Positions 33,483 through 43,440 of a stretch of DNA of 64,000 nucleotides are shown here, piece by piece; within the stretch, counting starts at the first letter, position 1; each line of letters opens with the position of its first letter. The notes under the pieces are model-generated. The model was not told the DNA's origin. It did not search any database and saw nothing but the letters and a program-made list of their open reading frames with translations. The DNA lies in contig CAYMAN010000010.1 in the NCBI GenBank assembly GCA_964388455.1, forward strand, positions 1,459 through 65,458, given 5' to 3'. The translations under genes and the position numbers were made by a program. The stretch is from an uncultured Eubacteriales bacterium (GTDB lineage: Bacteria; Actinomycetota; Coriobacteriia; Anaerosomatales; JAAXUF01).

Positions 33483-34789
33483 CAGTACTCGACCCCGATC
33501 CGGGCCGGCACGCCGCGCTCGAATGGGTGACGCACCGCGCGAAACTCGGTGATGTAATCGGCGAGATCGAGCAGCTCGTCCGGGCAACCCCGACCGGTGA
33601 GCACCACTTCGACGTGCGGTTCGCGGTCGCGGATCGCTGCGGCGAGTTCCATGGTCATGACGATGCCGGAACGCGTTGCCACGCAGACCTCGTCGAGAAC
33701 GACGAGCTCGTGGCTGCCAGCGAGCGCCTTGCGCGCGGCGGCCAGCGCGGCGGCACCTGCCTGCATGTCGCGCTCGTGCGGAGCGCCCCTCATCAGGCCA
33801 CTCGAGTGGACCGCGGGGCGCGTCACCTCGACGCCGAGCAGACGCAACGACGCCAGCTCGGACGATTCACGACCGCCTTTCACGAACTGCACGAACGCGA
33901 CGCGCATGCCCGCTCCAGCCGCGCGCGACGCGAGACCGACGCCGGCCGTGGTCTTGCCTTTGCCCTCGCCGGTGTAGATGTGGACAAGGCCCGGCCCGCG
34001 AGCTGTGCGCGGCGTCGGATCGACTCCCGGCAGCGCGAGCACGCGCGCGACGAGATCGTCGACGCTGCGCGCCGCATCGCCGGCGACTTCGACCGGTCGC
34101 GCGACCACGATCGCGGCGGCACCCGCGAGTCGTGCCGCCTCGAGCTTCTCGGGCACTCCCCCCGCCGAGCCGCTGTCTTTCGTGACGAGCACACTCGCGC
34201 CGAGATGGCGCAAGAGTGCCGCGTCGAGATCGGCCGACGTCGGGCCCTGCATCGCGATGATGTCGGCCGGGGACAGGCCCGCGCCGGCGCACGCGTCCAG
34301 CGACTCGGCGACGGGAAGAACGCGCGCGACGCACCGGACGCGGGCGTCTCGGCAGGCTTGCACGTAGGGCTCGAGCGTGCGCGAACCCACGGTGAGCAGG
34401 ATAGTGCCGTCGGCACCTGCGGCGTCGGCTGCGGCACGCGCGGCCTCCTCGACGGTGGCGAACTGCAGCACACCCTCGCCGAGGGGAGCGTCGGGACGCT
34501 CGAACCGCACGTAGTCGATGCCGGCAAGGCGGGCGGCCTCTCGCGCAGTCTGGCTGGCGGCGACGGCGAACGGATGCGAGGCATCGACGATCGCAACGCA
34601 ACCAGCGGCGAGCTCGGCCATGCCGTTGGCATCAAGGGCGCCGGCTCGGGAGGACGCGATCGGGGCAGCAAGGCTCGCACCGTACTTGGTCGCGGCACTC
34701 ACGAGAACGTCGAGGCCGGCCTCGCCGAGCGCGCGCGCTGCGTCGCGCGAATCACTCGTCCCACCGATGAGCAGGACCTTCGCGCTCAT
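33482..34789 (-). CDS. Fusion of cobalt-precorrin-6A reductase (CbiJ/CobK) with cob(I)yrinic acid a,c-diamide adenosyltransferase (CobO/BtuR type)
   Basis: N-terminus KVLLIGGTSDSRDAARAL...SAATKYG...VDASHPFA...VLVTKDSG is CbiJ-like. C-terminus GLVHIYTGEGKGKTTAGVGLASRAAGAGMRVAFVQFVKGG...LDE...LTGR is CobO-like. Confidence 0.8.
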   Translation of the reverse strand: MSAKVLLIGGTSDSRDAARALGEAGLDVLVSAATKYGASLAAPIASSRAGALDANGMAELAAGCVAIVDASHPFAVAASQTAREAARLAGIDYVRFERPDAPLGEGVLQFATVEEAARAAADAAGADGTILLTVGSRTLEPYVQACRDARVRCVARVLPVAESLDACAGAGLSPADIIAMQGPTSADLDAALLRHLGASVLVTKDSGSAGGVPEKLEAARLAGAAAIVVARPVEVAGDAARSVDDLVARVLALPGVDPTPRTARGPGLVHIYTGEGKGKTTAGVGLASRAAGAGMRVAFVQFVKGGRESSELASLRLLGVEVTRPAVHSSGLMRGAPHERDMQAGAAALAAARKALAGSHELVVLDEVCVATRSGIVMTMELAAAIRDREPHVEVVLTGRGCPDELLDLADYITEFRAVRHPFERGVPARIGVEY

Positions 34790-35601
34790 ACCGGGTACCC
34801 CCTCGGTGTGACCATCCGGCCGCCGATGATCCGGGTTTCCGCGTTGCCGACGATCAGGATCGTGGACATGTCGATGCTCTCGGGATCGAGGTCGCCGAGC
34901 GTGGTGATGGTGACGTGCTGGTTTTCTCGGCAGGCTTCACGCACCACGCCCACGAGCGTGTCAGAGCCTCGCGCTACCGTGAGGATGTCCACGGCGATGT
35001 CGAAGGGCTCGGTGCGTGTGTGGCTTCGAGGGTTGTAGAGGGCGACGACCAAGTCGGCCTCGGCGACGGCGCGCAGACGGCGTTCGATCACGGGAAGCGG
35101 GGTGAGGAGATTCGACAAGGAGATGCACGCGAAGTCGTTGGTGAGCGGCGAGCCCAGCACAGAGGCCGCCGCGAGCGCAGCGCTTACGCCAGGAACGATT
35201 TCAATATCGATGTCGTCGCGCTCGCCGACGAGTTCCAGGACGAGCCCGGCCATGCCGTAGACGCCGGCGTCGCCAGAGCTGACCACGACCACGGTCTCGC
35301 CGGCAGCCGCCGCCTCGATGGCACTCCGGGCTCGGTCGACCTCGGCGCGCATGCCGGAACCGAGTGTGCGGGCATCGCCGATAGGCCCCGCCACCATCGC
35401 GAGGTAGGGCTTGTAGCCGACAACGACGTCTGCCGAGCGCAGCGCGTCCTCTGCGGCCGGCGTCAGGTGGGGAGCGGAACCGGGGCCGATGCCGACGACG
35501 AACAGTCGTCCTCGGCGACGGCCACCGTCACGCCCTCCCGGGCGGTCGGCGGCGCCAGCAGCTTCGTGTGCGGATCGGCCAGCAGGGCTGAGGGGACACA
35601 T
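34786..35601 (-). CDS. cbiH: Cobalt-factor III / precorrin-3B C17-methyltransferase CbiH
   Basis: LFVVGIGPGS...ADVVVGYKPYL...VVVVSSGDAGVYGMAGL are typical. The true start is uncertain because the N-terminal ~35 codons overlap the cbiG 3-prime end. Confidence 0.85.
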   Translation of the reverse strand: MCPLSPAGRSAHEAAGAADRPGGRDGGRRRGRLFVVGIGPGSAPHLTPAAEDALRSADVVVGYKPYLAMVAGPIGDARTLGSGMRAEVDRARSAIEAAAAGETVVVVSSGDAGVYGMAGLVLELVGERDDIDIEIVPGVSAALAAASVLGSPLTNDFACISLSNLLTPLPVIERRLRAVAEADLVVALYNPRSHTRTEPFDIAVDILTVARGSDTLVGVVREACRENQHVTITTLGDLDPESIDMSTILIVGNAETRIIGGRMVTPRGYPV

Positions 35602-36287
35602 ACGGCGGCGACTCCTGTCACTTCCTCGGCGAAGGTGGGCTCGCGAAGCACGTCTTGCAACGTGCGGATGCGCTCGCGCGAAACGATGCGCACCGGCACG
35701 CCCAGCAGATCGGCTGCCTCGCGGATGCCGACTTCGCCGGCTTTCAGGTCGATGGTGGCAAGCGCGCGCACGTCGGTGCGCGATCGGTCGGCGGCGACAA
35801 GCGACTCGTCGATTGCTGCGAGCACAGCCTCGCTCGTCACGCCTCGGCGACTCCCTATGCCGAGGACCACGCCACGGCGGGCCTCGGTACCCGTGGTCAC
35901 GACCGGGACGGCGCCCGTGAGCTCTGCGAGCTGCTCGGCGAGATCGTTGGCACCGCCCTCGTGACCGGAGAGCAGCGAGATCGCGAAGCGGCCCGCGTCA
36001 TCGAGCACGACGACGGCCGGGTCGACATGCTTGCTGTCGACCCACGGTGCGATGGAGCGCACGACGATGCCGCTCGCCATGACTGCGACGATGGCCGCGT
36101 TGCGAGCCCACAGCTCCCCGAGGAGATCGCGGAGCGTGCCCTCGTAGACACGTGCGTCGGGATGCAGGTCTTCGCGCGGCGCCCACAGAGTCGCGTCGGG
36201 GAACGCCGCGGCGATGCGGGCGGCCAGTGCGGCGCCCTCCTCGGAGACGAAGATGACGGCGATGGGGCCGGTTCGCGTGAACCTCAC
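35463..36287 (-). CDS. cbiG: Cobalt-precorrin-5A hydrolase CbiG
   Basis: GTG at 36287 with a GAGGAGG SD and a GTGA overlap with the cbiO stop. IVRSIAPWVDSKHVDPAVVVLDDAGRFAISLLSGHEGGAN and a C-terminal GIGSRRG...ATIDLKAGE domain. Confidence 0.8.
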   Translation of the reverse strand: MRFTRTGPIAVIFVSEEGAALAARIAAAFPDATLWAPREDLHPDARVYEGTLRDLLGELWARNAAIVAVMASGIVVRSIAPWVDSKHVDPAVVVLDDAGRFAISLLSGHEGGANDLAEQLAELTGAVPVVTTGTEARRGVVLGIGSRRGVTSEAVLAAIDESLVAADRSRTDVRALATIDLKAGEVGIREAADLLGVPVRIVSRERIRTLQDVLREPTFAEEVTGVAAVCVPSALLADPHTKLLAPPTAREGVTVAVAEDDCSSSASAPVPLPT

Positions 36288-37189
36288 GAGGCCTCCTCGA
36301 TGTCGGCGGAGACGACGGAGCTCGGCGCGGATACTCGCGCGACCCGAGCGCCACCCGCCGAGGCGAGCACATCGAGTAGCTGGTCGTGCGTGCGAGGGGC
36401 GCTCTCGCCGTGCGCGATGAGTCCGGCGCGGTTGGCGGCGACGAAGACCTCCGCAACGCGCGGGTGTGACAGACCGTGGCGCACGAACGTCGGGAACGCA
36501 TCCACGAACTCGGCCGCACCGCATGACGCGACGAGACGCCCGTGATCGAGCACTTCGGCGCGGTCGGCCCACGCGTAGGCCAGGTCGATGTCGTGAGTGG
36601 ACAGAACGACCGTCATGCCGCGCTCGTTGAGGCTCCCAAGCACGGCCAGCAGGTCCTCGATCGAACGCGCGTCCAGTCCTGCCGTCGGCTCATCGAGCAA
36701 GAGCACCTCGGGCCTCATCGCAAGGACGCCCGCGATGCACACGCGCTTCTTCTGTCCGAACGACAGCGCGTGCGCCGGCACGCCCGGCTGCTCGCTCATG
36801 CCGACAGCCGCCAATGCTGCCTCGACGCGAGCGCGAACCTCGTCAGGCTCGAGGCCCAGATTCATCGGCCCGTAGGAAACATCCTCGGCAACGCTTGCCG
36901 ACAGTAGCTGCGAGTCCGGATTCTGGAACACGAGTCCCACGCGAGACCGGAGCCGCTTGAGGTCGGCGCCGCTTCGGCCAACCGGTTCGCCGAACGCCCG
37001 GATCTCGCCCGAGGTCGGCGTGAGCAGGCCCAGCAGGGTGAGCAGCAACGTGGTCTTGCCGGACCCGTTCGCGCCGAGAAGTGCCACCCGCGCGCCTCGG
37101 GTGATTCTGAGCGAGACGTCCGTGAGCGCGGCGCGGCCGTCCGGATACCGGTAACCCAGGCCGATCGTCTCAAGTACGACATCGTTCAT
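36284..37189 (-). CDS. cbiO: Cobalt ECF/ABC transporter ATP-binding protein CbiO (with C-terminal extension)
   Basis: Walker A GANGSGKTTLL, signature LSFGQKKRV, Walker B LLLDEPTAGLD. Confidence 0.85.
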   Translation of the reverse strand: MNDVVLETIGLGYRYPDGRAALTDVSLRITRGARVALLGANGSGKTTLLLTLLGLLTPTSGEIRAFGEPVGRSGADLKRLRSRVGLVFQNPDSQLLSASVAEDVSYGPMNLGLEPDEVRARVEAALAAVGMSEQPGVPAHALSFGQKKRVCIAGVLAMRPEVLLLDEPTAGLDARSIEDLLAVLGSLNERGMTVVLSTHDIDLAYAWADRAEVLDHGRLVASCGAAEFVDAFPTFVRHGLSHPRVAEVFVAANRAGLIAHGESAPRTHDQLLDVLASAGGARVARVSAPSSVVSADIEEAS

Positions 37190-37950
37190 CGCAGGCCTCC
37201 CGGCACCAAGGCGACCGCCACGACGAGCAGCGTACCCAGCATCACGGAGAGGGCGAGTTCACGACCGGCCCGTTCGCGGCGCGGCTCGAGGAATCGAAGT
37301 TCGCCTCCGCCCCCGCGCGCCCGACTTGCCTGATACATCACGATGGAACGGCGCCACGTCTCCACGGCCAGCAGGGCAACGGCCGTACCCATCGAGCGCA
37401 GCGTGTTCGAGAACGACGAGTAGCCGAGGCGGGCGGCCTGCGCACGGCGCATGTCGTGAACCACATCGGAGAGTACGAAGAGCGAACGATAGCTGACCGT
37501 CATGATCTCAACGAGCATCGACGGCACCTGCAGGCGTCGAAGCAGCGAAATGATATCGGTCATGGGCGTCGTCAGCGCGAGAAACAGCATCGCCGAGAGC
37601 GCTGCCAGCGAACGGCCGACGACCGTCAGCGCAAGCGCCGCCTGCGCGGGATCGATTGCGAGCGTGAACGGAAGCCGACCCGCTCCCCCCAACCGCACTG
37701 AGACGGCCAGCGTGACCGCGCTCAGCAGCACGAACGACCACGGGGCCGACGCCACGCGCGCGTACGATCGCAGCGGAATTCCCGCGCCCACAACGGTCAG
37801 CGCGGCGAGCACAGCCGCCAGCGCAAGCTGCCCGAAGGGAGGGCGCGCCACGAACGCGCCGACGAACGCTAGGGTGGCAAAGGCCGCCTTAGCGTCCGCG
37901 GACACGCCGCGCCACCTGTTGCGGTAGGCACATTGCTCGGTGAGGATCAT
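37186..37950 (-). CDS. cbiQ: Cobalt ECF transporter T component CbiQ
   Basis: Trimmed to the ATG at 37950 (ATGA overlap with cbiN). Polytopic. The conserved ..SYRSLFVL.D....M..A...R motif region is present. Confidence 0.85.
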   Translation of the reverse strand: MILTEQCAYRNRWRGVSADAKAAFATLAFVGAFVARPPFGQLALAAVLAALTVVGAGIPLRSYARVASAPWSFVLLSAVTLAVSVRLGGAGRLPFTLAIDPAQAALALTVVGRSLAALSAMLFLALTTPMTDIISLLRRLQVPSMLVEIMTVSYRSLFVLSDVVHDMRRAQAARLGYSSFSNTLRSMGTAVALLAVETWRRSIVMYQASRARGGGGELRFLEPRRERAGRELALSVMLGTLLVVAVALVPGGLR

Positions 37951-38252
37951 GAGTCCTTCGATTCGTCCGCAGCTCGGCGCTTGCCCACACGAAGGCCGAC
38001 ATAGTAGCCGAGGAAACCGCACCCGATCGCGGCCTGCAGCGAGAAGATCAGGGTCGAGATCTCGGTGCTCGGCGGGGTCCAGATGGGCCGGAATATCGGC
38101 TCGAAGTCCGGCGCTATCTTGGTGATTAGCGACTGTGCCTGCCCGTCTGCGCCGCCGAATCCGGACCCGTCCGTCGGCGTCTTGACCAGAACCAGCGGTA
38201 GAACGATCAGCACGACGGCTACGAGCAGCAAGATGATATCCGTGCGCTTCAT
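37947..38252 (-). CDS. cbiN: Cobalt transport protein CbiN
   Basis: 101 aa with two TM helices and FGGADGQA...I....[18 protein letters not shown], typical of CbiN. Confidence 0.85.
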   Translation of the reverse strand: MKRTDIILLLVAVVLIVLPLVLVKTPTDGSGFGGADGQAQSLITKIAPDFEPIFRPIWTPPSTEISTLIFSLQAAIGCGFLGYYVGLRVGKRRAADESKDS

Positions 38253-38929
38253 GGGGTCGCCTCCCCCGCCAGAGTCGAGACGCCGAGATCAGAAAGCACG
38301 GCGCCGTCGAAGCGGGCAAGCGCGCCGAAGACCACGACCGTCACAAGGCCCTCGGTCACAGCGAGCGGAATCTGCGTCAACGCGAATATCGACAGGAATT
38401 TCGCCAGCGAAACGATCATCCCCCCGCTCGGATCGGGAAAGGCGATCGCGAGCTGCAACGCCGTCGTCATGTAGGTGGCTAGGTTGCCAAGCGTCGCGGC
38501 CGCGAACACGCCGTAGCTCGTTGGAACGCCCAGCGCGCGCGACAGACGCCACAATCCCGCCGCGACCAAAGGCCCGACGATCGCCATGGAGAAGACGTTC
38601 GCGCCGAGCGTGGTGATGCCGCCGTGTGCGAGCAGGAGTGCTTGGAAGAACAGTACGACCACCCCCACCGGTGCCATGGCGAGCGGACCGAAGATGATGC
38701 CGCCCAGCCCGGTGCCAGTCGGATGAGAAGAGCTACCGGTCACACTCGGCAGCTTGAGCGCGGAGAGCACGAACGTGAACGCCGCGGCCACGCCGAGCAG
38801 CATGCGGCGCTCGGGGCGCTCGGCGATTACCTTCTTGATACGCATGAGACCCAACGCGACGAACGGTGCGGAGACGACGGTCCACCCGATGGCCTGCTTC
38901 GCGGGCAGGAAGCCCTCGGCGATATGCAT
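38249..38929 (-). CDS. cbiM: Cobalt transporter substrate-capture component CbiM
   Basis: Canonical N-terminus MHIAEGFLP. Polytopic. Trimmed to the ATG at 38929, 1 nt after the cbiF stop. Confidence 0.9.
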   Translation of the reverse strand: MHIAEGFLPAKQAIGWTVVSAPFVALGLMRIKKVIAERPERRMLLGVAAAFTFVLSALKLPSVTGSSSHPTGTGLGGIIFGPLAMAPVGVVVLFFQALLLAHGGITTLGANVFSMAIVGPLVAAGLWRLSRALGVPTSYGVFAAATLGNLATYMTTALQLAIAFPDPSGGMIVSLAKFLSIFALTQIPLAVTEGLVTVVVFGALARFDGAVLSDLGVSTLAGEATP

Positions 38930-38930
38930 G

Positions 38931-39719
38931 TCAGAGGCTCTTCGCTGTGGTTGACGCTTCGCGACAGCCGTGTGAGAACGCGGGGTCGTAGAGCAGCGAG
39001 CGCATGTCGCCCGCGCCGGCAAGCGCGGGTCCGACGAGGATCATCGCGGTTCGGCCGATACCCTCTTCGGTGAGCGCTTCGGCGAGCGTGGCCACGGTGC
39101 AGCGCACGATCCGCTGCTCGGGCCAAGACGCTCTCTGGACTATCGCCACGGGCGTCTCGGCGGGGTAGTGCAGGGCGAGATCGTCGGCGACGGACGACCC
39201 GAGTCCGGCCGAGAGGAAGATCGCCATCGTCGCGCGATGCACGGCCAGAGACGCGATGTCCTGGCCGTCGGGCACGGGCGTGCGACCGGCGGCACGACAT
39301 ACGATCACCGACTGTGAGACGCCGGGAATGGTGAGCTCGGCCGGCAGCGCCGCGGCGGCCGCGAAGACCGAGCTGACGCCCGGCACGACCTCGAAGGGCA
39401 CGCCCGCGTCCTCGAGCCCGCGCCACTGCTCGGCGGTCGCGCCGAAGAGCGCCGGGTCGCCGGTATGCAGGCGCACGACGCGCTGCCCCGCCCCGTGGGC
39501 GGCGACCATGTGCGCGACCTGCTCTTCGAGCGTGAGCGAAGCGCTGTCCTCGACGTGCGCGCCGTCGCGCACCCACTGCAGCACCGCCTCTGGCACCAGC
39601 GAGCCCGCGTAGATGACAAGGTCGGCTTGCTCAAGAGCCCGCATCCCGCGGACGGTGATCAGCTCGGGGTCACCCGGGCCGGCGCCGACGAACAGCACCG
39701 GCGACGTCGCGTCACTCAT
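38931..39719 (-). CDS. cbiF: Cobalt-precorrin-4 C11-methyltransferase CbiF
   Basis: [18 protein letters not shown]...[11 protein letters not shown]...[11 protein letters not shown]...VVPGVSS are typical tetrapyrrole methylase/CbiF motifs. Confidence 0.9.
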   Translation of the reverse strand: MSDATSPVLFVGAGPGDPELITVRGMRALEQADLVIYAGSLVPEAVLQWVRDGAHVEDSASLTLEEQVAHMVAAHGAGQRVVRLHTGDPALFGATAEQWRGLEDAGVPFEVVPGVSSVFAAAAALPAELTIPGVSQSVIVCRAAGRTPVPDGQDIASLAVHRATMAIFLSAGLGSSVADDLALHYPAETPVAIVQRASWPEQRIVRCTVATLAEALTEEGIGRTAMILVGPALAGAGDMRSLLYDPAFSHGCREASTTAKSL

Positions 39720-40419
39720 CGGTGGCCTTCTTCCTGATTATCGCGGTCGTGAAGTACTCGACCGGCCCGCCGAGAAGGTCTCGCGCGTCGTTGGCGACCC
39801 GCTCGCGCTCCATGCCACAACGCTGCACCGCCGAGACGTGCGCGTGGGCGGATTCGGCAGCTTCTAGCAGCGCGCCAAGGTTCTTCCCGGCCTTCATCGC
39901 GACGATGTTGGGCGCGAGCTCCAGAAGCGGCGAGAGATCGGTCGGAGGCGCATCCGGCCAGATGAGGACGGCATCCCGGCCCTCGGCAAGCGGCTCGCCC
40001 AGCAGTGCCGAGCACGCCGAAAACGCCGTGACGCCCGGCACGGTCTCGACGGCCACATCGGGGTGATCGCGACGCAGCGCGCGCAGGACGTAGCCCCACG
40101 TGCTGTAGAGCATCGTGTCACCCAGCGTCACGAACCCGGCGTTGCGGCCGGCGCGCACTGTGGCTGCAAGGCGCTCGGCGACACTCGTGGCGGCGGCATC
40201 CTTGAGCTCGGCATCCTCCGACATCGGGAAGACGGCCTTCACGACCTCGCACTCCGGCCCCAGGTGCACGCTCACGATCCCCAGGGCGACGCTCTCGCCA
40301 CCCTCCGTCGCCTGCGGAGCGACCAGCAGCGACAGTCCGCTGAGCACCGCGACCGCCTTGAGCGTGATCAGCGACGGGTCACCAGGACCCGCAGCGATTC
40401 CGTAGACTTTCGCGCTCAT
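39712..40419 (-). CDS. cbiL: Cobalt-factor II / precorrin-2 C20-methyltransferase CbiL
   Basis: KVYGIAAGPGDPSLITLKA...FVTLGDTMLYSTWGY...VPGVTAF. ATGA overlap with the cbiT stop. Confidence 0.8.
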   Translation of the reverse strand: MSAKVYGIAAGPGDPSLITLKAVAVLSGLSLLVAPQATEGGESVALGIVSVHLGPECEVVKAVFPMSEDAELKDAAATSVAERLAATVRAGRNAGFVTLGDTMLYSTWGYVLRALRRDHPDVAVETVPGVTAFSACSALLGEPLAEGRDAVLIWPDAPPTDLSPLLELAPNIVAMKAGKNLGALLEAAESAHAHVSAVQRCGMERERVANDARDLLGGPVEYFTTAIIRKKATDE

Positions 40420-41018
40420 CGCGCCACCTCCTCGGAAAGGATGGCCGAGACCACCCACACGGGGTTGTTCGGCACGAAGCGCACATCCCGGCCGATCGGC
40501 TCGGCGCGTGAGATGCTGACCTGGACGCACTCGCGGTTGGTCCACGGCTCATCCGCAAGCGCGGCGAAAGCGGCCGTGATCGATGCTAGGCCGATCGCGT
40601 TCACGACCACCCGCCCGCCCGGCGCCAGCAGCCCCGGCAGCGCCGAGACAATCTCGGCCAGCCGCCCGCCACTGCCGCCGATGAGCACGGCATCGAACGC
40701 GCCTTCGAGCTGGGCGAGGACATCGGGCGCCTCGCCGGCGACGACAGTGACGTTGCCCGGCGCGAGGAGTGCAACGTTCTCACGCAGCAGCGTGAGCGCC
40801 TCGCCGTCACGCTCGACGGCAACAACGGTCCCCGACAGGCATCGAAGGGCCGCATCGACCGTGAGGGCGCCGGTGCCCGCGCCAACGTCGAGCACGCGCG
40901 AGTCGCACGCGATGCGCGCCTTGGCCGTCGTGACGGCTCGGACCTCCATCTTGCTCATCGGCACGCCCCCCCGAGTGAACGCGTCGTCGGGGATACCGGG
41001 TGCGAGCAGGTGTTTCAT
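40416..41018 (-). CDS. cbiT: Cobalt-precorrin-6B C15-methyltransferase (decarboxylating) CbiT
   Basis: GIPDDAFTRGGVPMSKMEVRAV and the SAM motif VLDVGAGTGALTV. GAGGAG SD before the ATG at 41018. Confidence 0.8.
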   Translation of the reverse strand: MKHLLAPGIPDDAFTRGGVPMSKMEVRAVTTAKARIACDSRVLDVGAGTGALTVDAALRCLSGTVVAVERDGEALTLLRENVALLAPGNVTVVAGEAPDVLAQLEGAFDAVLIGGSGGRLAEIVSALPGLLAPGGRVVVNAIGLASITAAFAALADEPWTNRECVQVSISRAEPIGRDVRFVPNNPVWVVSAILSEEVAR

Positions 41019-41040
41019 CTCACTCCTCATCAGAACGCCT

Positions 41041-42102
41041 CTACTTGTCGCTGACGCCGGCTTCCGCGAACGTCGCCATGTTCGACAGCATCCGACACGA
41101 CGCGTCGATGACGCTCATCGTGAGCGCCGCGCCCGTTCCCTCGCCAAGCCGCATATCGAGTTCGAGCACCGGCTGCATTCCCAGCGCCTCAAGCTGCACC
41201 GTATGGCCGGGCTCAACCGAGCGGTGCGACGGGAAGAGGTAGTCGGCCGCGTTCGGGCACATGCGAACCGCAGCGAGCGCCCCGGCTCCTGAGATGAAGC
41301 CGTCGCTGATCACGCACGTGCCCTGCTCGGCGGCTCCGATCACGACGCCCGCGAGCGCCGCGATCTCGAGCCCGCCCACCGCGGCCAGAACGCCGAGTGG
41401 GTCGAGGGCATCGGCGCCGTTGACCTCGAGCGCCCGCTCGACAGCCGAGACCTTGCGCGCCACACCCTCGTCGTCGAGCCCGGTGCCCCGTCCGCACACG
41501 CGCGCGACATCCGCGCCGGTGAACGCTGCGGTCAGTGCCGAAGCCGGAGTCGTGTTGCCGATTCCCATATCACCCGTGCCGATGAGCTGCACGCCGGCGG
41601 CGACCGCGTCGCGCGCGGCCTGAACGCCAACCATCACCGCTTGCGCCGCCTCTTCGCGCGTCATCGCGGGACCCCTCGCCATGTTTCGCGTACCGGGGGC
41701 TACCTTGCGGATCACCACACCGGGCATGTCCGAGAGGTCGCGGATCACGCCGACGTCGTGCACTATCACGTCAGCACCGACACTCTCGGCGATCTGGTTG
41801 ATCGCGGCACCCTTGCCCACGAAGTTCGCGACCATCTGCCAGGTCACATCCTGCGGGTAGACCGCCACGCCCTCCTCGACGACGCCGTGATCGCCCGCCA
41901 TCAGCAAGACGGCCTTCTTCGCGACACTGGGCCGGTCGGTTCCCTGCACGCGACCCACCCGAGCCGCAAGCATCTCCAACCTACCGAGGGAACGCGGCGG
42001 CTTCGTGAGGTTGTCCAGGCGCGCCCACGCGGCCTCCTCGGCCGTTGCGTCGGTGGGAGTGATCGTGGCGATTACGGCGCTCAACTCTGATTCGTAGCTC
42101 AT
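41041..42102 (-). CDS. cobT: Nicotinate-nucleotide--dimethylbenzimidazole phosphoribosyltransferase CobT
   Basis: LTKPPRSLGRLE...MAGDHGV...GAAINQ...GDMGIGNTT...SHRS.EPGH...LDMRLGEGTGA are typical CobT motifs. Confidence 0.9.
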   Translation of the reverse strand: MSYESELSAVIATITPTDATAEEAAWARLDNLTKPPRSLGRLEMLAARVGRVQGTDRPSVAKKAVLLMAGDHGVVEEGVAVYPQDVTWQMVANFVGKGAAINQIAESVGADVIVHDVGVIRDLSDMPGVVIRKVAPGTRNMARGPAMTREEAAQAVMVGVQAARDAVAAGVQLIGTGDMGIGNTTPASALTAAFTGADVARVCGRGTGLDDEGVARKVSAVERALEVNGADALDPLGVLAAVGGLEIAALAGVVIGAAEQGTCVISDGFISGAGALAAVRMCPNAADYLFPSHRSVEPGHTVQLEALGMQPVLELDMRLGEGTGAALTMSVIDASCRMLSNMATFAEAGVSDK

Positions 42103-42132
42103 GTAGTCCTCTCGTGTTCTGCGATGAATGGG

Positions 42133-43440
42133 CTAGATCTTATCGCCGCGCAAGTCCCCGGCGAACAGCTTCCCCGCACCGCGCGAAGCGCAAAAGTCAC
42201 CGCACATCGTGCAGGTCGCCTCGTCTTCAGGCGTGCGGCTCGCGCGGATGGCCCGCGCGTCCTCCGGGTAGAGCGCGAGCTCGAACTGGCGCTCCCAGTC
42301 CAAGTCCCGGCGTGCTTTGCTCATCGCCTTGTCGCGCTCCCGTCCGCGCTCCGGATACTTGTTCATGTCGCCGATATACGCCGCGATCTTGGCAGCCTTC
42401 ACGCCCATGCGAACGTCATCTTCATTGGGGAGCGCGAGATGCTCGGCAGGTGTGATATAGCAGATGAGGTCGGCACCGAAGCGCGACGACTGCGCCGCAC
42501 CGATCGCGGACGTGATGTGATCGAAGCCCGGTGCGACATCGGTCGTGATCGGGCCGAGCATGTAATACGGCGCGCCTCCGCTCATGCGCTTCTGCAGCTT
42601 GATGTTGGCCTCGATCTCGTCGAGCGGCACGTGGCCCGGTCCCTCGACGAGCATCTGGCAGCCCATCTCTCGACCGATCTCGGCAAGCTCGCAGTTGATG
42701 AGAAGCTCCTGGACCATCGCGCGGTCCGACGAATCGTGGATCGCCCCGGCGCGCAGCCCGTTGCCCAGGGAGAGCACGACGTCGTACCTCTTCAGGATCG
42801 CGACGACCCGGTCGAACTGCTCGTACAGGGGGTTTTCTCGGCCGTTGGCCATCATCCAGGCGACCATGCTCACGCCGCCCTTGGAGACAAGACCGCCGTA
42901 GCGGTAACCCTGCTTCTTCAGGCGCTCGATGGTGTAGAGGTTGATGCCGCAGTGCACGGCCATGAACGCCATGCCGTCGGCGCACTGCCGCTCGATGAGG
43001 TCGAAGAGCATCTCGTCGTCGAGCTTGTTCGGATTGCCGTACTTGCGCGAAGCCTCGCAAAACGCCTGGTACAGCGGCACGTTGCCCACTGGGACATCAA
43101 CCGCCGAGATGACCTCGCGACGCACGCGGTCCAGGTCGCCGCCCACGGAAAGCTCCATGAGCGTGTCGGCGCCGGACTCGACGGCCGCATGCGCCTTGGC
43201 AACCTCGGCGTCGTAGTCGACGATATCCGACGAGGTGCCGATGGACGCGTTCACCTTGGTGCGCAGCCCCTCTCCGATGCCCACGGCCCTGGGGTTGCGG
43301 ACGCTGTTGCCGGGGATGACGACGAGGCCAGCGGCGACGTTGGCGCGAAGCGGCTCGGCGTCGATGCCTTCCTCGGCAGCGATCGCGAGCATCTGCGGGG
43401 TGATCGTGCCCTCGCGGGCGAGTTCGATCTGGGTCTTCAA
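42133..43440 (-). CDS. ThiC-family radical-SAM enzyme (short form). Context suggests the 5-hydroxybenzimidazole synthase paralog (BzaF-like) rather than thiamine ThiC
   Basis: 435 aa from the TTG at 43440 (TTGA overlap with the upstream stop). ThiC core motifs are present (NASIGTS, MELSVGGD, VHCG, VSKGG, LSLGNGLR, EGPGHVP, C-terminal CTMCGDFC). It is embedded between cbiD-E and cobT inside the riboswitch-controlled operon. Confidence 0.75.
   Translation of the reverse strand: MKTQIELAREGTITPQMLAIAAEEGIDAEPLRANVAAGLVVIPGNSVRNPRAVGIGEGLRTKVNASIGTSSDIVDYDAEVAKAHAAVESGADTLMELSVGGDLDRVRREVISAVDVPVGNVPLYQAFCEASRKYGNPNKLDDEMLFDLIERQCADGMAFMAVHCGINLYTIERLKKQGYRYGGLVSKGGVSMVAWMMANGRENPLYEQFDRVVAILKRYDVVLSLGNGLRAGAIHDSSDRAMVQELLINCELAEIGREMGCQMLVEGPGHVPLDEIEANIKLQKRMSGGAPYYMLGPITTDVAPGFDHITSAIGAAQSSRFGADLICYITPAEHLALPNEDDVRMGVKAAKIAAYIGDMNKYPERGRERDKAMSKARRDLDWERQFELALYPEDARAIRASRTPEDEATCTMCGDFCASRGAGKLFAGDLRGDKI

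Noticed and set aside
42133-43440. Annotating the ThiC homologue simply as thiamine-biosynthesis ThiC.
   Set aside because: This is not fully rejected, but it is disfavoured. The gene is translationally coupled within a B12-riboswitch operon next to cobT and no TPP riboswitch is seen. The call needs phylogeny to settle.
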